Source of the DNA: Marsupella aquatica | Taxonomy: Eukaryota > Plantae > Marchantiophyta | Direction of reading: 5' to 3' | DNA: 64,000 nucleotides | Assembly (NCBI GenBank): GCA_973895155.1 | Contig: OZ316894.1 | Coordinates: 13,122,828 to 13,186,827 of the forward strand | Shown here: in pieces, positions 48,039 to 59,036 of the stretch | Numbering within the stretch: the first letter of the stretch is position 1 | How the letters are laid out: the number at the start of each line of letters is the position of its first letter | The notes under the pieces: generated by a model | What the model was told of the DNA's origin: nothing | The model's database searches: none | What the model saw: only the letters and a program-made list of their open reading frames with translations | Translations under genes and position numbers: made by a program

Positions 48039-51000
48039 TTATGAGGTGGGCTTGATCGTGGACAATCTGCTCATGCCTATGCCTTCGAGGTGCGCTCTGT
48101 GCAATCCGGCTGGTAGTGGTTTCGTAAACATGTCTGCTCGATTGTCCTGAGATTTGATCCATGCAACATTGATACTTTTCCCTTGTTGTTCTTGCGTGAA
48201 GAAATACTTGGGGTCAATATGCTTGGTCCTCTCGGTCTTCAGGATTCCGTTGGTTATCTGGTCGATACACGCCTTATTGTCTTCGTAGATTGTGGTTGGC
48301 TCTGTTATCTGTGGTTTACCGGTGCTGGACCTAATATGATTGATAATGCTTCGTAGCCATACAGCTTCTCTGCACGCCTCGTATAACGCTATGATTTCCG
48401 AGTGGTTGGATGACGTTGTGGTCATCGTTTGCTTTGAACTTCGCCAAGATATTGCTGTCGTCCCCTGTAAGAACACGTACCCAGTCTGTGATTTGGAGTC
48501 CTGGGGGTCCGACAGGTAGCCGGCATCAGTGTAACCGGTAAGCGTATCGGGGCTATTCTTAGGAAAGAATAGTCCAAGGTCGATCGTCCCTTGTAGGTAT
48601 CTCATGATCCTCTTGATGCCGTTCCAATGCCTGATGGTGGGCTGTGCGCTGTGTCTCGCTAAGAGACTGACGGCGAACGATATGTCAGGTCTCGTCTGGT
48701 TCGCTAGATACATAAGGGCGCCCACCGCTGATAGGTACGGTTTTTCTGATCCCAGTATGGATTCGTCTTCTTGGCGCTTCCGAAACATATCTTTGATCGG
48801 GTCTAGAGATCTGAGTTCCATCGGGGTGGAGACAGGGTAGGATTTCTGCATGTTGAATTGATGAAGTATCTTCTGCGTGTATGTCGATTGGTAAAGGAAT
48901 ATGCCTGTTTCTAAGTGTTCGATCTGCAGGCCTAGGCAGTGGTTGGGTCTTCCAAGGTCCTTCATCTCGAAGACTCCTTTCAGTGTATGTATTGTGTCTT
49001 TCATCATCTGTTTAGTCCCGAATAAGTTCACATCGTCCACGTACAGTGCTAGTATCAGGACTTCGTCCATATGCTTTTTGATGAAGATGCAGGGGGCCAG
49101 TCCGCTATTTGTAAATCCGAGGGCGAGCATCTCTGTCTGGAATTTCTGATACCAGATTCTGCCGCTCTGTTTAAGTCCGTTGATGGAACGTAACACTTGG
49201 ACTGTAAGTTTTGTTGTTAATTTCTTTCCTCTGGTATGCATTGCCTGTGTATTTCCACTTTGCATCAAGAGGGCCTTTGTATCCCCATCAGGTATTATTT
49301 GGCTGATGCCCTTTTTAATCTCTGTATTCAGGTTCTGGGACGTCTCCCCCTGAATGTGCTGCTTGACCCTCTCTATCAGTTCCGGGGGGGCAGTCATGTA
49401 TATCTCAGTATCGAGTGTGCCGTAAAGGTACGCGGTTACCACGTCCATAAGGTTATTAACCAGTTTATGGTGGACTGAATGTGCTGTGAGATAGCGATAT
49501 GTAGTAGCGTCCATTACTGGTGAGTATGTTAAATCGTAGTCCCTGCCCGGGATTTGTGTGTAGCCTTTGGCTACTAGCCGGGCTCGATATCTTACTACTA
49601 TGCCTTTCTCATTTCGTTTTTTCAAGAATGTAAATCGAGAGTCGGTGTAATGTGTACCTGGTAATGCCATTTTAAATGGTCCGAATACTTGTCGCTTGAT
49701 GAGGGCGTCCATCTCGGTATGTATTGCTGCTTGCCACTTTGGCCAATCTGGTTGTTTCTTTGCCTCGTTTATAGTGAGCGGATCAGGAATATCGTTGGTG
49801 ATTTCCTGTATTACGTTATAGGCAAATTGTTCATCAATTTGGGTTGTCGGTCGTTTATATATGTTACCTGTTTGCATGTATGTGATTGACATTTCCTCGT
49901 TTTCTTCGCTCAGTGGGTCGTTTTGATTTATCGCTGTCACGTTAAGTGTGATCGCTGGTTCCAGCGCGGGTGTACCCAAGTTTGCTGCTGGAGTTTTACG
50001 TTGGCGAGGCTGGGAGTCCTTGATCCCTGGTGGTCTGCCTCGCTTTGCTCTAGGGGCTGTTACATTGGCCGGTGTCGAGGAGGTTTGTACTCGCGATGGC
50101 GCATTAGCTGCTAAGTTGTGGGATCTTGTGACATTTGCAGCGTCGTTAAATGAGTCTGGAATCTTTTCGAGCATTTCATGTAGGTGGAGAAGTCTTCTGA
50201 CTTCTTCGTCTGCCTGCATGGTTCTGGGGTCATTTCTGTTTTGGTCTGCTTTCCAATTTATGGGCATTTTCGTTGTGTCCTTGGATTGTGTTGATGCTGT
50301 ATTCGTGAGCTGTGGGAATTGATCTTCATAAAAATGGCAGTCCTGATGTCTTGCCTTGAACAGGTCTGCCGTAGTCGGTTCAAGGTATCTAATGATCGAA
50401 GTAGAGTCAAACCCAACATAGATACCTGCATTCCGTTGGGGTCCGAGTTTTGTTCTCTTTGGTCCTAAGATAGGCACCATTACCTGGCATCCGAAAACGC
50501 GTAGGTGGGACAGGTCCGGTGGTATGCCGAACGCCAGGTGGTATGGTGTCTTAGAGTTATATGCTGACGGTCTATATTGGATTAGTGCAGCTGCGTGAAG
50601 GATGGCATGTCCCCATGCTGATGTGGGTAAGTTTGACTTCATTAACAGTGGTCTTGCCACCATTTGAAGTCTCTTAATAACCGACTCAGCTATACCGTTC
50701 TGAAAATGAACGTGGGGAACTGGATATTGAGTATCGATGCCCGCTGCCCAGCAAAAGTCGTCGAATGTTCTTGATGTGAACTCGCCAGCTCCATCTACTC
50801 TTAATCTTCTTGTAGGATACTCTGGGAACTGTGCTCTTAATTTAAGAATATGTGCTAAGATCCGCGCAAATGCCAAGTTGCGGGTAGATAGCAATGAAAT
50901 CTGCAGCCATTTAGTTGATGAGTCGATGATTACCAGGAAATATTTGAAAGGGCCGCTCGGGGGGTCTATAGGTCCGCAGATATCTGCATTGATCTGCTCT

Positions 51001-52766
51001 AGGAACTGTGGTATTGAAAATATTGTTTTTGGTATTGATGGTCGTATGGTCATTTTTCCTTGTGAGCATGCTATGCAGGCTGTTTTTACCTTTGGCTTGA
51101 CTGTCTTGGGGATTCCTTTGGAGTCCCTTATAATCCTGTTGTACATAGTGGTACCCGGGTGGCCCAGTCGACAGTGCCAGATGTATGTCATATCCTCTGA
51201 TTCTTGGTGTATATGGAATGTTTGGATACTGGTTGCGTATAGGCCTGGGGGGATCAATGCAAATGTTTCTTTAATGGATGGTTTACCCTGTATGTCTTGT
51301 ATGATCTGTAATGTCTCTGTTTTGCCCTGAGTATTCGTGCGCAGTTGGAGGTTATTGGATCTGATATCCTGGAAGCTGATGAGGTTTCGGGTTGCTTTCG
51401 GGGCATAAATTGCTGACTTCACGGTGATTTTAGTTCCTCCTGGTAGTATAAATGTGGCTCGTCCTTTGCCTTCTTCTATATGATTAAGTCCTGCTATGGT
51501 GGTGATAGCGCGGGATGATGGGGTGATGGCCTCGAAATACTTGCTGTGTTTTAAGATAGTATGTGAGGTTCCGCTGTCGATGATGCCCGTATCGGGGTCG
51601 TCTAATGTCGGGTATTTCCAGTCAGTAAGAGAGGTATGTACTTCTATCTGTTCTTGTGTTTCTTCTCTCTGAGAGGCAATCAATTCTTCTTCTATCTCCA
51701 TATAATGTCCTTGGGGGTTTTGTCTGGACTTATTTCTGTCGTTTATGTATCTGTGGGCCTCTTGTTCTGTGGCTGCACATGCGTTTCTAATGTGGCCAAT
51801 TTTGCCACATCGGTAACACATTTTCTGGGAATTGTTTGCAGTGTCGTATTGGTTGCTTCGTCCTCTTCCTCTATTATTCATGGTGCCTCTGCGCCACGTG
51901 TTATTGGATCCGTAGGGTCGGTTATAAGGTTTGCCTTGTCCTCTGAATTGATTTCTCCCGCCCCTGAATTGGTTTCTTCCGCCTCTGAATTGAGTTCGTC
52001 CGCCCCGGTAATTTCCTCGTTGTTTGTCTTCATAATTGGTGTAGTGGGTTTCAGGTCGATGTGGTGGGGGGTCTGATCCTGCTGGGCGCTTTCTGGCGTT
52101 TTGCAAGGCCACGATCTGTTGCTTCTCTTCCACAAGTAAGTGAGCAATCAGATCTGAGTACTTAGTGAAACGCATGTTCCTATATTGTGTACCTAATGTG
52201 ATATTAGATTCAGGGAATGTCGATAGTGTCTTATCGATTCTATCTATGTCATTTATTGGATGTCCACACATTTCTAATTGAGATGTAATTCTGCACAGTG
52301 CGCTATTGTAATTGGCAATTGTGGTGTGGTCCATGACGCGCAGGTTATGCCAATCCCTTCTTGCCTCTGGGAGCCATATCTCCCTCATATGATCAAATCG
52401 GGCTTTGAGGAGATCCCATAGTTTTCTTGGATTAATTTCGTTCATATACTCATTCTTTAGTTGAGGGGTTAGATGTTGCCTGAGTAGAAACGCTGCCTTA
52501 GCCTTTTGTTTGAGCGTGACATCGATGTCGGTATCTAAGGTGTCTTCAAGGTCTTGTGATGTAAAGTAAGTTTCGACATCTGTGATCCACGTCAAATAGT
52601 TGGATCCGTCGACTTTAAGTGCTGGCCATAATAATTTTTCGACTGTATTCATTATTCGGGATGTCAGTTGATTTAAGAACTTTGGTGAAGATTGAATCGA
52701 GTGAAGTATCTCGATTGTACAATTGACCGGTTGGAAGCTTGTATATGGAGCTGAGGGAGCTTTCAA
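48039..52766 (-). CDS. Copia Gag-Pol (gag, CCHC, protease, integrase, RT, RNaseH); first in-frame ATG at 52652
   Basis: CYRCGKIGHIRNAC, IDSGTSHT, WHCRLGHP, ADICGPIDPPSGPFKYF, RVDGAGEF, RARLVAKGY, LYVDD, GYTDAGY and ADMFTKPL. Confidence 0.98.
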   Translation of the reverse strand: MKAPSAPYTSFQPVNCTIEILHSIQSSPKFLNQLTSRIMNTVEKLLWPALKVDGSNYLTWITDVETYFTSQDLEDTLDTDIDVTLKQKAKAAFLLRQHLTPQLKNEYMNEINPRKLWDLLKARFDHMREIWLPEARRDWHNLRVMDHTTIANYNSALCRITSQLEMCGHPINDIDRIDKTLSTFPESNITLGTQYRNMRFTKYSDLIAHLLVEEKQQIVALQNARKRPAGSDPPPHRPETHYTNYEDKQRGNYRGGRTQFRGGRNQFRGGRNQFRGQGKPYNRPYGSNNTWRRGTMNNRGRGRSNQYDTANNSQKMCYRCGKIGHIRNACAATEQEAHRYINDRNKSRQNPQGHYMEIEEELIASQREETQEQIEVHTSLTDWKYPTLDDPDTGIIDSGTSHTILKHSKYFEAITPSSRAITTIAGLNHIEEGKGRATFILPGGTKITVKSAIYAPKATRNLISFQDIRSNNLQLRTNTQGKTETLQIIQDIQGKPSIKETFALIPPGLYATSIQTFHIHQESEDMTYIWHCRLGHPGTTMYNRIIRDSKGIPKTVKPKVKTACIACSQGKMTIRPSIPKTIFSIPQFLEQINADICGPIDPPSGPFKYFLVIIDSSTKWLQISLLSTRNLAFARILAHILKLRAQFPEYPTRRLRVDGAGEFTSRTFDDFCWAAGIDTQYPVPHVHFQNGIAESVIKRLQMVARPLLMKSNLPTSAWGHAILHAAALIQYRPSAYNSKTPYHLAFGIPPDLSHLRVFGCQVMVPILGPKRTKLGPQRNAGIYVGFDSTSIIRYLEPTTADLFKARHQDCHFYEDQFPQLTNTASTQSKDTTKMPINWKADQNRNDPRTMQADEEVRRLLHLHEMLEKIPDSFNDAANVTRSHNLAANAPSRVQTSSTPANVTAPRAKRGRPPGIKDSQPRQRKTPAANLGTPALEPAITLNVTAINQNDPLSEENEEMSITYMQTGNIYKRPTTQIDEQFAYNVIQEITNDIPDPLTINEAKKQPDWPKWQAAIHTEMDALIKRQVFGPFKMALPGTHYTDSRFTFLKKRNEKGIVVRYRARLVAKGYTQIPGRDYDLTYSPVMDATTYRYLTAHSVHHKLVNNLMDVVTAYLYGTLDTEIYMTAPPELIERVKQHIQGETSQNLNTEIKKGISQIIPDGDTKALLMQSGNTQAMHTRGKKLTTKLTVQVLRSINGLKQSGRIWYQKFQTEMLALGFTNSGLAPCIFIKKHMDEVLILALYVDDVNLFGTKQMMKDTIHTLKGVFEMKDLGRPNHCLGLQIEHLETGIFLYQSTYTQKILHQFNMQKSYPVSTPMELRSLDPIKDMFRKRQEDESILGSEKPYLSAVGALMYLANQTRPDISFAVSLLARHSAQPTIRHWNGIKRIMRYLQGTIDLGLFFPKNSPDTLTGYTDAGYLSDPQDSKSQTGYVFLQGTTAISWRSSKQTMTTTSSNHSEIIALYEACREAVWLRSIINHIRSSTGKPQITEPTTIYEDNKACIDQITNGILKTERTKHIDPKYFFTQEQQGKSINVAWIKSQDNRADMFTKPLPAGLHRAHLEGIGMSRLSTIKPTS

Positions 52767-52998
52767 TCATGCCAATAAAGTATTAGTCCTTTGGACTCTC
52801 GATATGCTGGTCCCGAATTGATGCTCTATGTGAAATTTCGTGTTTTTGTAAAAAAAATTCAACTCTGAGGCAAAAGAATGGAGACCAAGAAAAAAAACGG
52901 TTATGGCAGTTTCTAAAAAAAAATGCCACTTTACGAGCATTCTCCTCGTGTAAAACTCGATTGCATCTGCTTGAAAAAAAATGATTTTAGAGACTGGC

Positions 52999-53012
52999 TC
53001 GTGCTGATAACG
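52999..53012 (-). other. Copia PBS complementary to a tRNA-Ile anticodon arm (half-tRNA priming)
   Basis: Minus-strand CGTTATCAGCACGA abuts the 5' LTR. It is complementary to plant tRNA-Ile TCGTGCT[A/I]ATAACG if A34 is inosine. Typical of Bianca-type elements. Confidence 0.8.
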
Positions 53013-53209
53013 TGTTGTAATAGACAACTAAAGGAACGCTCAAAGATACTCCAACAAGATAGATCCATTACTATTGATGAGGGGATATATATATCCCCTT
53101 GGTTACATGGTAGGCAAATGCCCTTATACTGGTCCTATGGTTAGGAGTTCTCATACTATGGTTAAGGGTTCTCGCCCTATGGTTAAGGGGTAAACTAGGG
53201 TTTACAACA
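53013..53209 (-). repeat. Copia 5' LTR (197 bp)
   Basis: Identical to 47338-47534. Contains the palindrome AGGGGATATATATATCCCCT. Confidence 0.97.
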
Positions 53210-53459
53210 GTTATCACTAGCGCCGAGCGCTAGTATAGGATGCAAGTAATTTTTCCCAAAAACCATTAAAACAATAGACATTTCTTCAAATATGGGGTTG
53301 TTTTGATGAAATTTATGTATTCTAGACACCATTTCAGACCTATTGTATAGCTGTTGTTTATACTAGCGTCGGGCGCTGCCATGACAATCATCCCAATTAT
53401 CTACTTCACGGGAAGTTGTTTATAATAGCGCCCGACGCTAGTATTCCGATTGAGGGAGG

Positions 53460-53492
53460 AAAACGGTCATAACGGTAACATTTAACGGTAAC
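53460..53492. promoter_or_regulatory. Cluster of AACGG (MSA-like) motifs upstream of the cargo gene
   Basis: AAACGGTCATAACGGTAACATTTAACGGTAAC contains three AACGG cores in about 30 bp. Confidence 0.4.
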
Positions 53493-53899
53493 TTGTGAGT
53501 TCCGTGTGTGTTACGCTTCTTCTACCACTTGATTTAGCTAATTAAGTTCTCCGCATACATACGTTGGAATCCGCCAAACTTACGAGCTTCTGGCTTTAAT
53601 CGAAGAGTTCCGCTGAACTCGACCCTCCTTCTAGAATATATTACACGTTGAGATTTGATTAGAGTTCCATAATTTCATTGTACGATAGTTCGTACGCTTC
53701 TGGAAGGAAGACGATGGAGGTATTCCCCTCTTCATCTAGAGGGTATAGTGCTGTTCCTGACCAAGAGCGAGCTTATTCTGAATCCTCGCAGTCTTTGTTT
53801 ATCCGTTCAGTTTATACACGTCGTGTAACTCGTTCCACAAAGTTGCTGCCTCCTACTTCTGTTAGCGTTGTTTTGGTTCCTAAATCTCTGCGTAGAAAG

Positions 53900-56800
53900 A
53901 TGGAGAACCTCGACACGATTGCGATCCAAGATGTTTCGGACTGCGCACTCGCGGAGACTGATCTCATCTCAAAACATGTCATGTGTTTTGGAAAGGATTC
54001 TCGTGGATTCGACAAGGAGCCGCCTCGAATCCCTCTATGCCGATTGGTTCACATGGAGGTGGTTCGTACTTTGCAGAAAGATAGCTCTTCCATCGAGAAG
54101 CTGAAAGACTCGTTTTGAAGTATGGGTTACAATTCATCCATAGGAATGCATTTCTATGTGCAGCCAACGGATGAGAATGGAATTGTTCAGACCTGTACCC
54201 AGGAAATTTGTGAGTCATGGGATCCAATTTGGCAATTGGAGAACGAGAAGTTTGAGGCTGAATGCGAGGCCGATCCAGATTTTCTCGTGCTGAAGGATAA
54301 GATGTTCTCTGTCTTCGATGGAAATCACAGGCTGTACTCATGGACGCTTGTTATCGAGGAGAACCCTGACAATCCAAAATACCATCCTCGAGTGCTCTGC
54401 ACAATATTTAAGGGAGACAAGGGATCTCTTATTGAAATTGAGGCAGCTATGCACACCATGAATCAGTAAGTTCTCGTTCTTTTCCGATACCTTCTTTGAA
54501 TCTTGCGAGTGTTCTATTTAAGAGTGCTTGGCGTTGGTTATACATAAATTGTACTTCGAGTCTAACTCGCTGCATCTCTTCGTGTAGGCTTGGCCAAGCC
54601 ATTGTTGAGCCATCCTGGATTCTTGATGCAGATAGAATCAAACAAATTCTGGCACATGACCTTGAGTATTACAGTAAACTGATTGACCCGGCTAATTTCA
54701 AGAAGTTTGAGAGCATTCGGCTAAAGACTCGGAAGGGGTCATGGTATACAAAGAAGATGCCATAGGAAGCTCTTGTTTACATTCTATGTGAGAATAAGAT
54801 TAAGTCCTATTCTCACCAATTCAAGCTTGACATGGAGGCAGCCGAGGCTCAAGGGAGTCCCTGGTCGGTGGACGAGATTTCCAAATGCCATGCAGCCATG
54901 ATGAAGGATGCAACCAAAGACTGGGCAGTGAAGTCCTCAAAAATTACGCCCTTGTTAAGTCATGAATTTGAAGATTTTCTTATTACATGTGCAGAAATGA
55001 ATGCTGTCACAGAGAGAAACAAGAGAGAGAAGAAGCCTGACGCCGTCGTATGTACAATGGACCGCGCCCGATTGTTCACTGCTATTTCTGCCCTAGACCC
55101 AAAGTTGCGAAGCACCCTACTTGTGGCACATTGCAATCCTGAGCTGCGGAGATAGTTTTTCCACCCAGCAAGTGTTAACAACGACCCAGTCAAACAATGG
55201 TGTCATACTTGGATCACTTGGAATAGTGTAGAGGGAATTACTGTCGGCATGTTACATTCATGTCTGCGTGAAGTAGAGCAGATGATGCCCGCGACTAGAT
55301 TAGAAGAGTGGAATTGTGGTTCGTTTGATGATCTCGTTCAGTTTGTTACAAATGAATTCAAGAGATATGGTGATTCTGTGAAGAGTAAGTTCTTTCACAC
55401 TATGTGGCCTTCAAAGTATCCAGACAAAGAAGACTACACCCAGAAAAACCAGAAGCGGGCTAAAAGGTATCTTTACAGGTTCTACATGCACATGAAGGTA
55501 ACCAAACCTGATTACTTCTGGGCATATCCTGCAGCTTTCATGAAGTGGATTACAATAAGTGAGGATGACGCCATAGCTGATTTGTACTCCATGTACCCAG
55601 CGGAGGGCATATTTCCTTCGAGACCTATGACAGAATGGGAGAGAACTCATTGCCCCTGGTATCTAGATACAGATAGATGGGATTCTCCTTTTGATCAAAG
55701 GGAGAAAGATGCATTCCATAAGCTTTCAAAGTCCCACATACCACCAAAAATTAGATAGACGATGTAGACAAGTTTGCCACAGACTTGCAAAGTATCTGTG
55801 AAACGACTATTGTTCATGTGGACCGAAGTCGAAAACCTCAAGCGAAAGCAAAAGCGGAGTTAGCAGCACCAAGCGAGTCAACAAAATCTGGGAGGAAAAG
55901 TGAGTATAATGTTCCGTGGTTTGGCCAGCGCCTGGTGTTGACTAGAACTGTCATGCGAATTCAAATTTCTTTATAGATTCTTAGGCCTTTTGTTGAAACC
56001 TAAGTGATTTGCATTTGGTTAGCGCCTGGCGCTAGCTTGTTTGAATAATCGGGATTTACTTGTTCTAACTAGGACCTATTGGTAATTTAGGAGGGAGGAA
56101 GTCTAATACAGCGGGAATAGGAGATACTAAAGTGGATGCTACACCTGAAGTTTCTGAGGCAAACACTGGAGCTCGATCGGACCCCATTACTCCTGTCGAC
56201 AAGGGGAAGGTAATAGTTCCGGTCGACGCCACAAGTACCAGGAAGAAACGAAAGAGAATATCGAAGGTGGACCTTCTTCAAGGGAGAGTGTTGCAGCATC
56301 TGGTGTCCAACGTGAAGTTGGAAACTTCAAAACTAGAGTGTCTCATCATGCCATGGTTGAGACAAGCATATCCGAATTTTTTGACTCGACTTTCAACAAG
56401 GGGGAAAAACCTGAATGGGTTAGTAATGTGGAGAAGTGGGGGAAGGATCTCGTCAAGTCAGGATATAAAGAGAAGGGTGTTGTGCGGGGAGGAAAAGAAA
56501 GATCGTTTGGAGTGGATGCGGGTTTCATTTACCTACCGACCGGGTTCAAACCAACGATCATAGATAAGAAGGTTCCTAAATGGAACACTCCAGATCACTC
56601 CATGGCTAGATCTTTTTTCAATTCCATGGATCCATTTCTATCAGATGATGGATTCCTTGCAATTCTACACAATGGGGAGTATGATCCCATGTCTCAAGTC
56701 ATTGCTGCCTGTCAGGAATTGAGAAAATTTCAGTGCATATGCACGCATAATGTTGTAATGTCTGTCCCCATGTACACGGCAAAGACAGACCGTCAGGTAA

Positions 56801-57462
56801 TTATGTACTCTTAACTATGTCGCATTTTGAAACATAACTCGTTTAACCTGGAGTTGCCAACTGACACTTGGGATTGCTTTCCACAGATGTTTACCCTCAG
56901 GCTGGACATATTTGGTCGAATTAATGGGAAATGCAAAATTCCCAAAGACCCTAAATTCCGTCCACTCTCCATCAGTGAGGACCCCTCGGTCACCAATTTG
57001 ATCGGACTCCCTTCTCTCAAATCCGATCCATTCCTGCAAATGGAATTTTCTGGAAATGCTCGCCTGTCTGTTGGGTTTATGCAATCTGTCATTGAGCTTG
57101 TCACTCGACCTCGTGATATTTTTATGGATTGGACCGCTGGGGCTGGAAGCTCCTTCATTGCTGGAGACTTCTCCGGGAGGTTTGTGCTCGGGATAGAACA
57201 TAGAAAATAATTTATTGAAACCACTTCAAAGGTTTTCATGGATTTGTTGTCTCCCAAAGAGATTGCGGTTTTGCCTCCACCTGTTCCTATTGCCGACAGA
57301 AAGAAGCGAGATAAGCTTCGGTCAGTACTCAATTTTGATTCTGATGATGAGTCCAGTGAAGGTGGAGGTGGAGAGGAACAAGGTACAGGGGACTCAGAGG
57401 AGGAAAAGGAAGAACCTCATGGATCTCCAGATGAAACCGATAGTGATGACTCTTCCGAGTAA
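53900..57462 (+). pseudogene. Multi-exon gene: ParB/Srx-like N-terminal domain, unknown middle, beta-class N6/N4 DNA methyltransferase-like C-terminal domain, acidic tail
   Basis: N-terminus IPLCRL..VVRTL..IEKLKDSF..GY...VFDGNHRLYSW. C-terminus VDAGFIYLPTG..PKWN..FLSDDGFLAIL...LSVGFMQSVIELVTRPRDIFMDWTAGAGSSFIAGDFSGRFVLGIE. Probable GT-AG introns near 54466, 55900 and 56797. Premature stops at 54116, 54763, 55153, 55756 and 57208. Confidence 0.75.
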
Positions 57463-58204
57463 TGTTCATAAACTCGTAAGCTTCTTTCTCCATTCCAGTC
57501 AATTTATAACATTTATGTGTTGTTTTGGAGAAAGGCACCTAACTTTCTGGATTTTGTTTGATCAGGTCAGAGTGGAATGCGAGGAGACGTTTCAAACTGC
57601 GAAGGAGGGTTGGTAGACACAACATAGAAACACCAGAAAAACCTTTTGTTCTTCCCTCCTATGCAGAGAAAGCCGCAAGGAAAGCCGAGAGTACAAGGAC
57701 GCTTTGCTGGGAAAACAAAGGTCTTCGGTTACGAAGGGGTGTTGACAGGAAGTTCATTAAACATCCTTATGTTGATGACTTCTCCCGCAACCAGTACGTA
57801 GATGATGAGGCTGTGTCCACGGACAAATCCGAGAGTTCAGATTCTGGTTCCGAATCAGAATCTGCAGAATTGTGACACGTATTGAGGAATTTAGGGAGAA
57901 ATTTTTTACCAGCGCCTGGCGCTAGTACCAACTTGTATTCAAATCCTCTCATTGAGTCCTAATCAATTAATGTCTGATTCCTTGTGTTTTTACAAGCGCC
58001 AGGCGCTCGCCAAATGGTGATTCATAAAGTGAATATTTCCAGCTCTTATGTGTGTAACACGGCCGTTTGGTCTTTGTTGTGTCCTACCAACGGTCATCAG
58101 AATGAGACAAATAGTAGTCAATACATAGTATAATATACGTTTTGGATACCAACGGCCATTTCATTTAGGTCCGTTAGTTTTCCAAAGAAACCCACATCAG
58201 CTGT

Positions 58205-58335
58205 ATTCGGATGACATTTTCGGATCTCTTGGATGACATTCGGATCTCTTGTTGACAGCTTTTTCGCACGACATTTTAGGATCTCTTGTTGACGGCATCT
58301 CTCTCGGATGACATTTTAGGATCTCTTTTTGACAA
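58205..58335. repeat. Degenerate tandem repeat of about 20 bp (GGATGACATTTTCGGATCTCTT)
   Basis: Four to five copies of GACATT..GGATCTCTT visible. Confidence 0.75.
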
Positions 58336-58574
58336 CAGTTTTCAAGGACGACACTTATCGTGGACGACAAGTTTTCGGACAGGCGACTGTTTTGGGACCG
58401 ACGCCCGTTTGCGGCCCCTTTTCGGGAGATACATTTCGGGTATTTCGTGGGAGACTTTCCTCCCGGATGAGATCTTTCTGACCCACGACCATTTTCGGAC
58501 CTTTGAGGGCCTTTTGCGGGCAGTTTTCGCATTTTTCCGGAGGGGAAGTTGCCACTAGATTGGATTTATTAAAC

Positions 58575-59036
58575 ATGGAGAGAAACGGTGAGCTCATGGA
58601 TTGGGAGGCAGCGTTCCTCCCTTCTCATGTGCGTCCGGAAGAGAGCCACTTCAGTTCTTTTGAGTCACGGATGGAGACTAAGGATACTAAAACCTCTACT
58701 TTCCGGAACCGTCACGCTCTACCATATGATGAGGCTATTCATCCTAGAGAAAAGAACATCCCATGGATCGTCGATTCTCCTCCGCTCCCATTCGCAAGCA
58801 GGTTCTCGTCTCATCAGGCTGTTCCTGTTGATGGTGGACTGCCAATCGATAGGAGAGTTCAAGAAATGTTTGGGCGAGTTGACTTTAAGGATAGTAACAT
58901 TCCCAATGAAGGTTATACGAGGGCAGTGCGTCGGGGTCCTTCTGAGAGATACATTCAATTGCGTGGTCTTGGATTCAAGAAAAATTGGAGGAGAGAAGCG
59001 GCAGGAGTGGAGGATGATTGCAACTTTGAAAGCTAG
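58575..59036 (+). CDS. Hypothetical ORF, possibly a third gene or exon of the MULE unit
   Basis: Open frame from MERNGELMDW, about 153 aa, with no recognisable domain. Flanked by motif copies. Confidence 0.3.
   Translation: MERNGELMDWEAAFLPSHVRPEESHFSSFESRMETKDTKTSTFRNRHALPYDEAIHPREKNIPWIVDSPPLPFASRFSSHQAVPVDGGLPIDRRVQEMFGRVDFKDSNIPNEGYTRAVRRGPSERYIQLRGLGFKKNWRREAAGVEDDCNFES

Larger units (their letters stand above)
47338..53209 (-). mobile_element. Intact Ty1/copia LTR retrotransposon, Bianca-like
   Basis: Identical 197-bp LTRs (47338-47534 and 53013-53209, TGTTGTAA...TTACAACA). TSD GTTAT at 47333-47337 and 53210-53214. PPT AAGGGGGAG. Single intact polyprotein. Confidence 0.98.
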
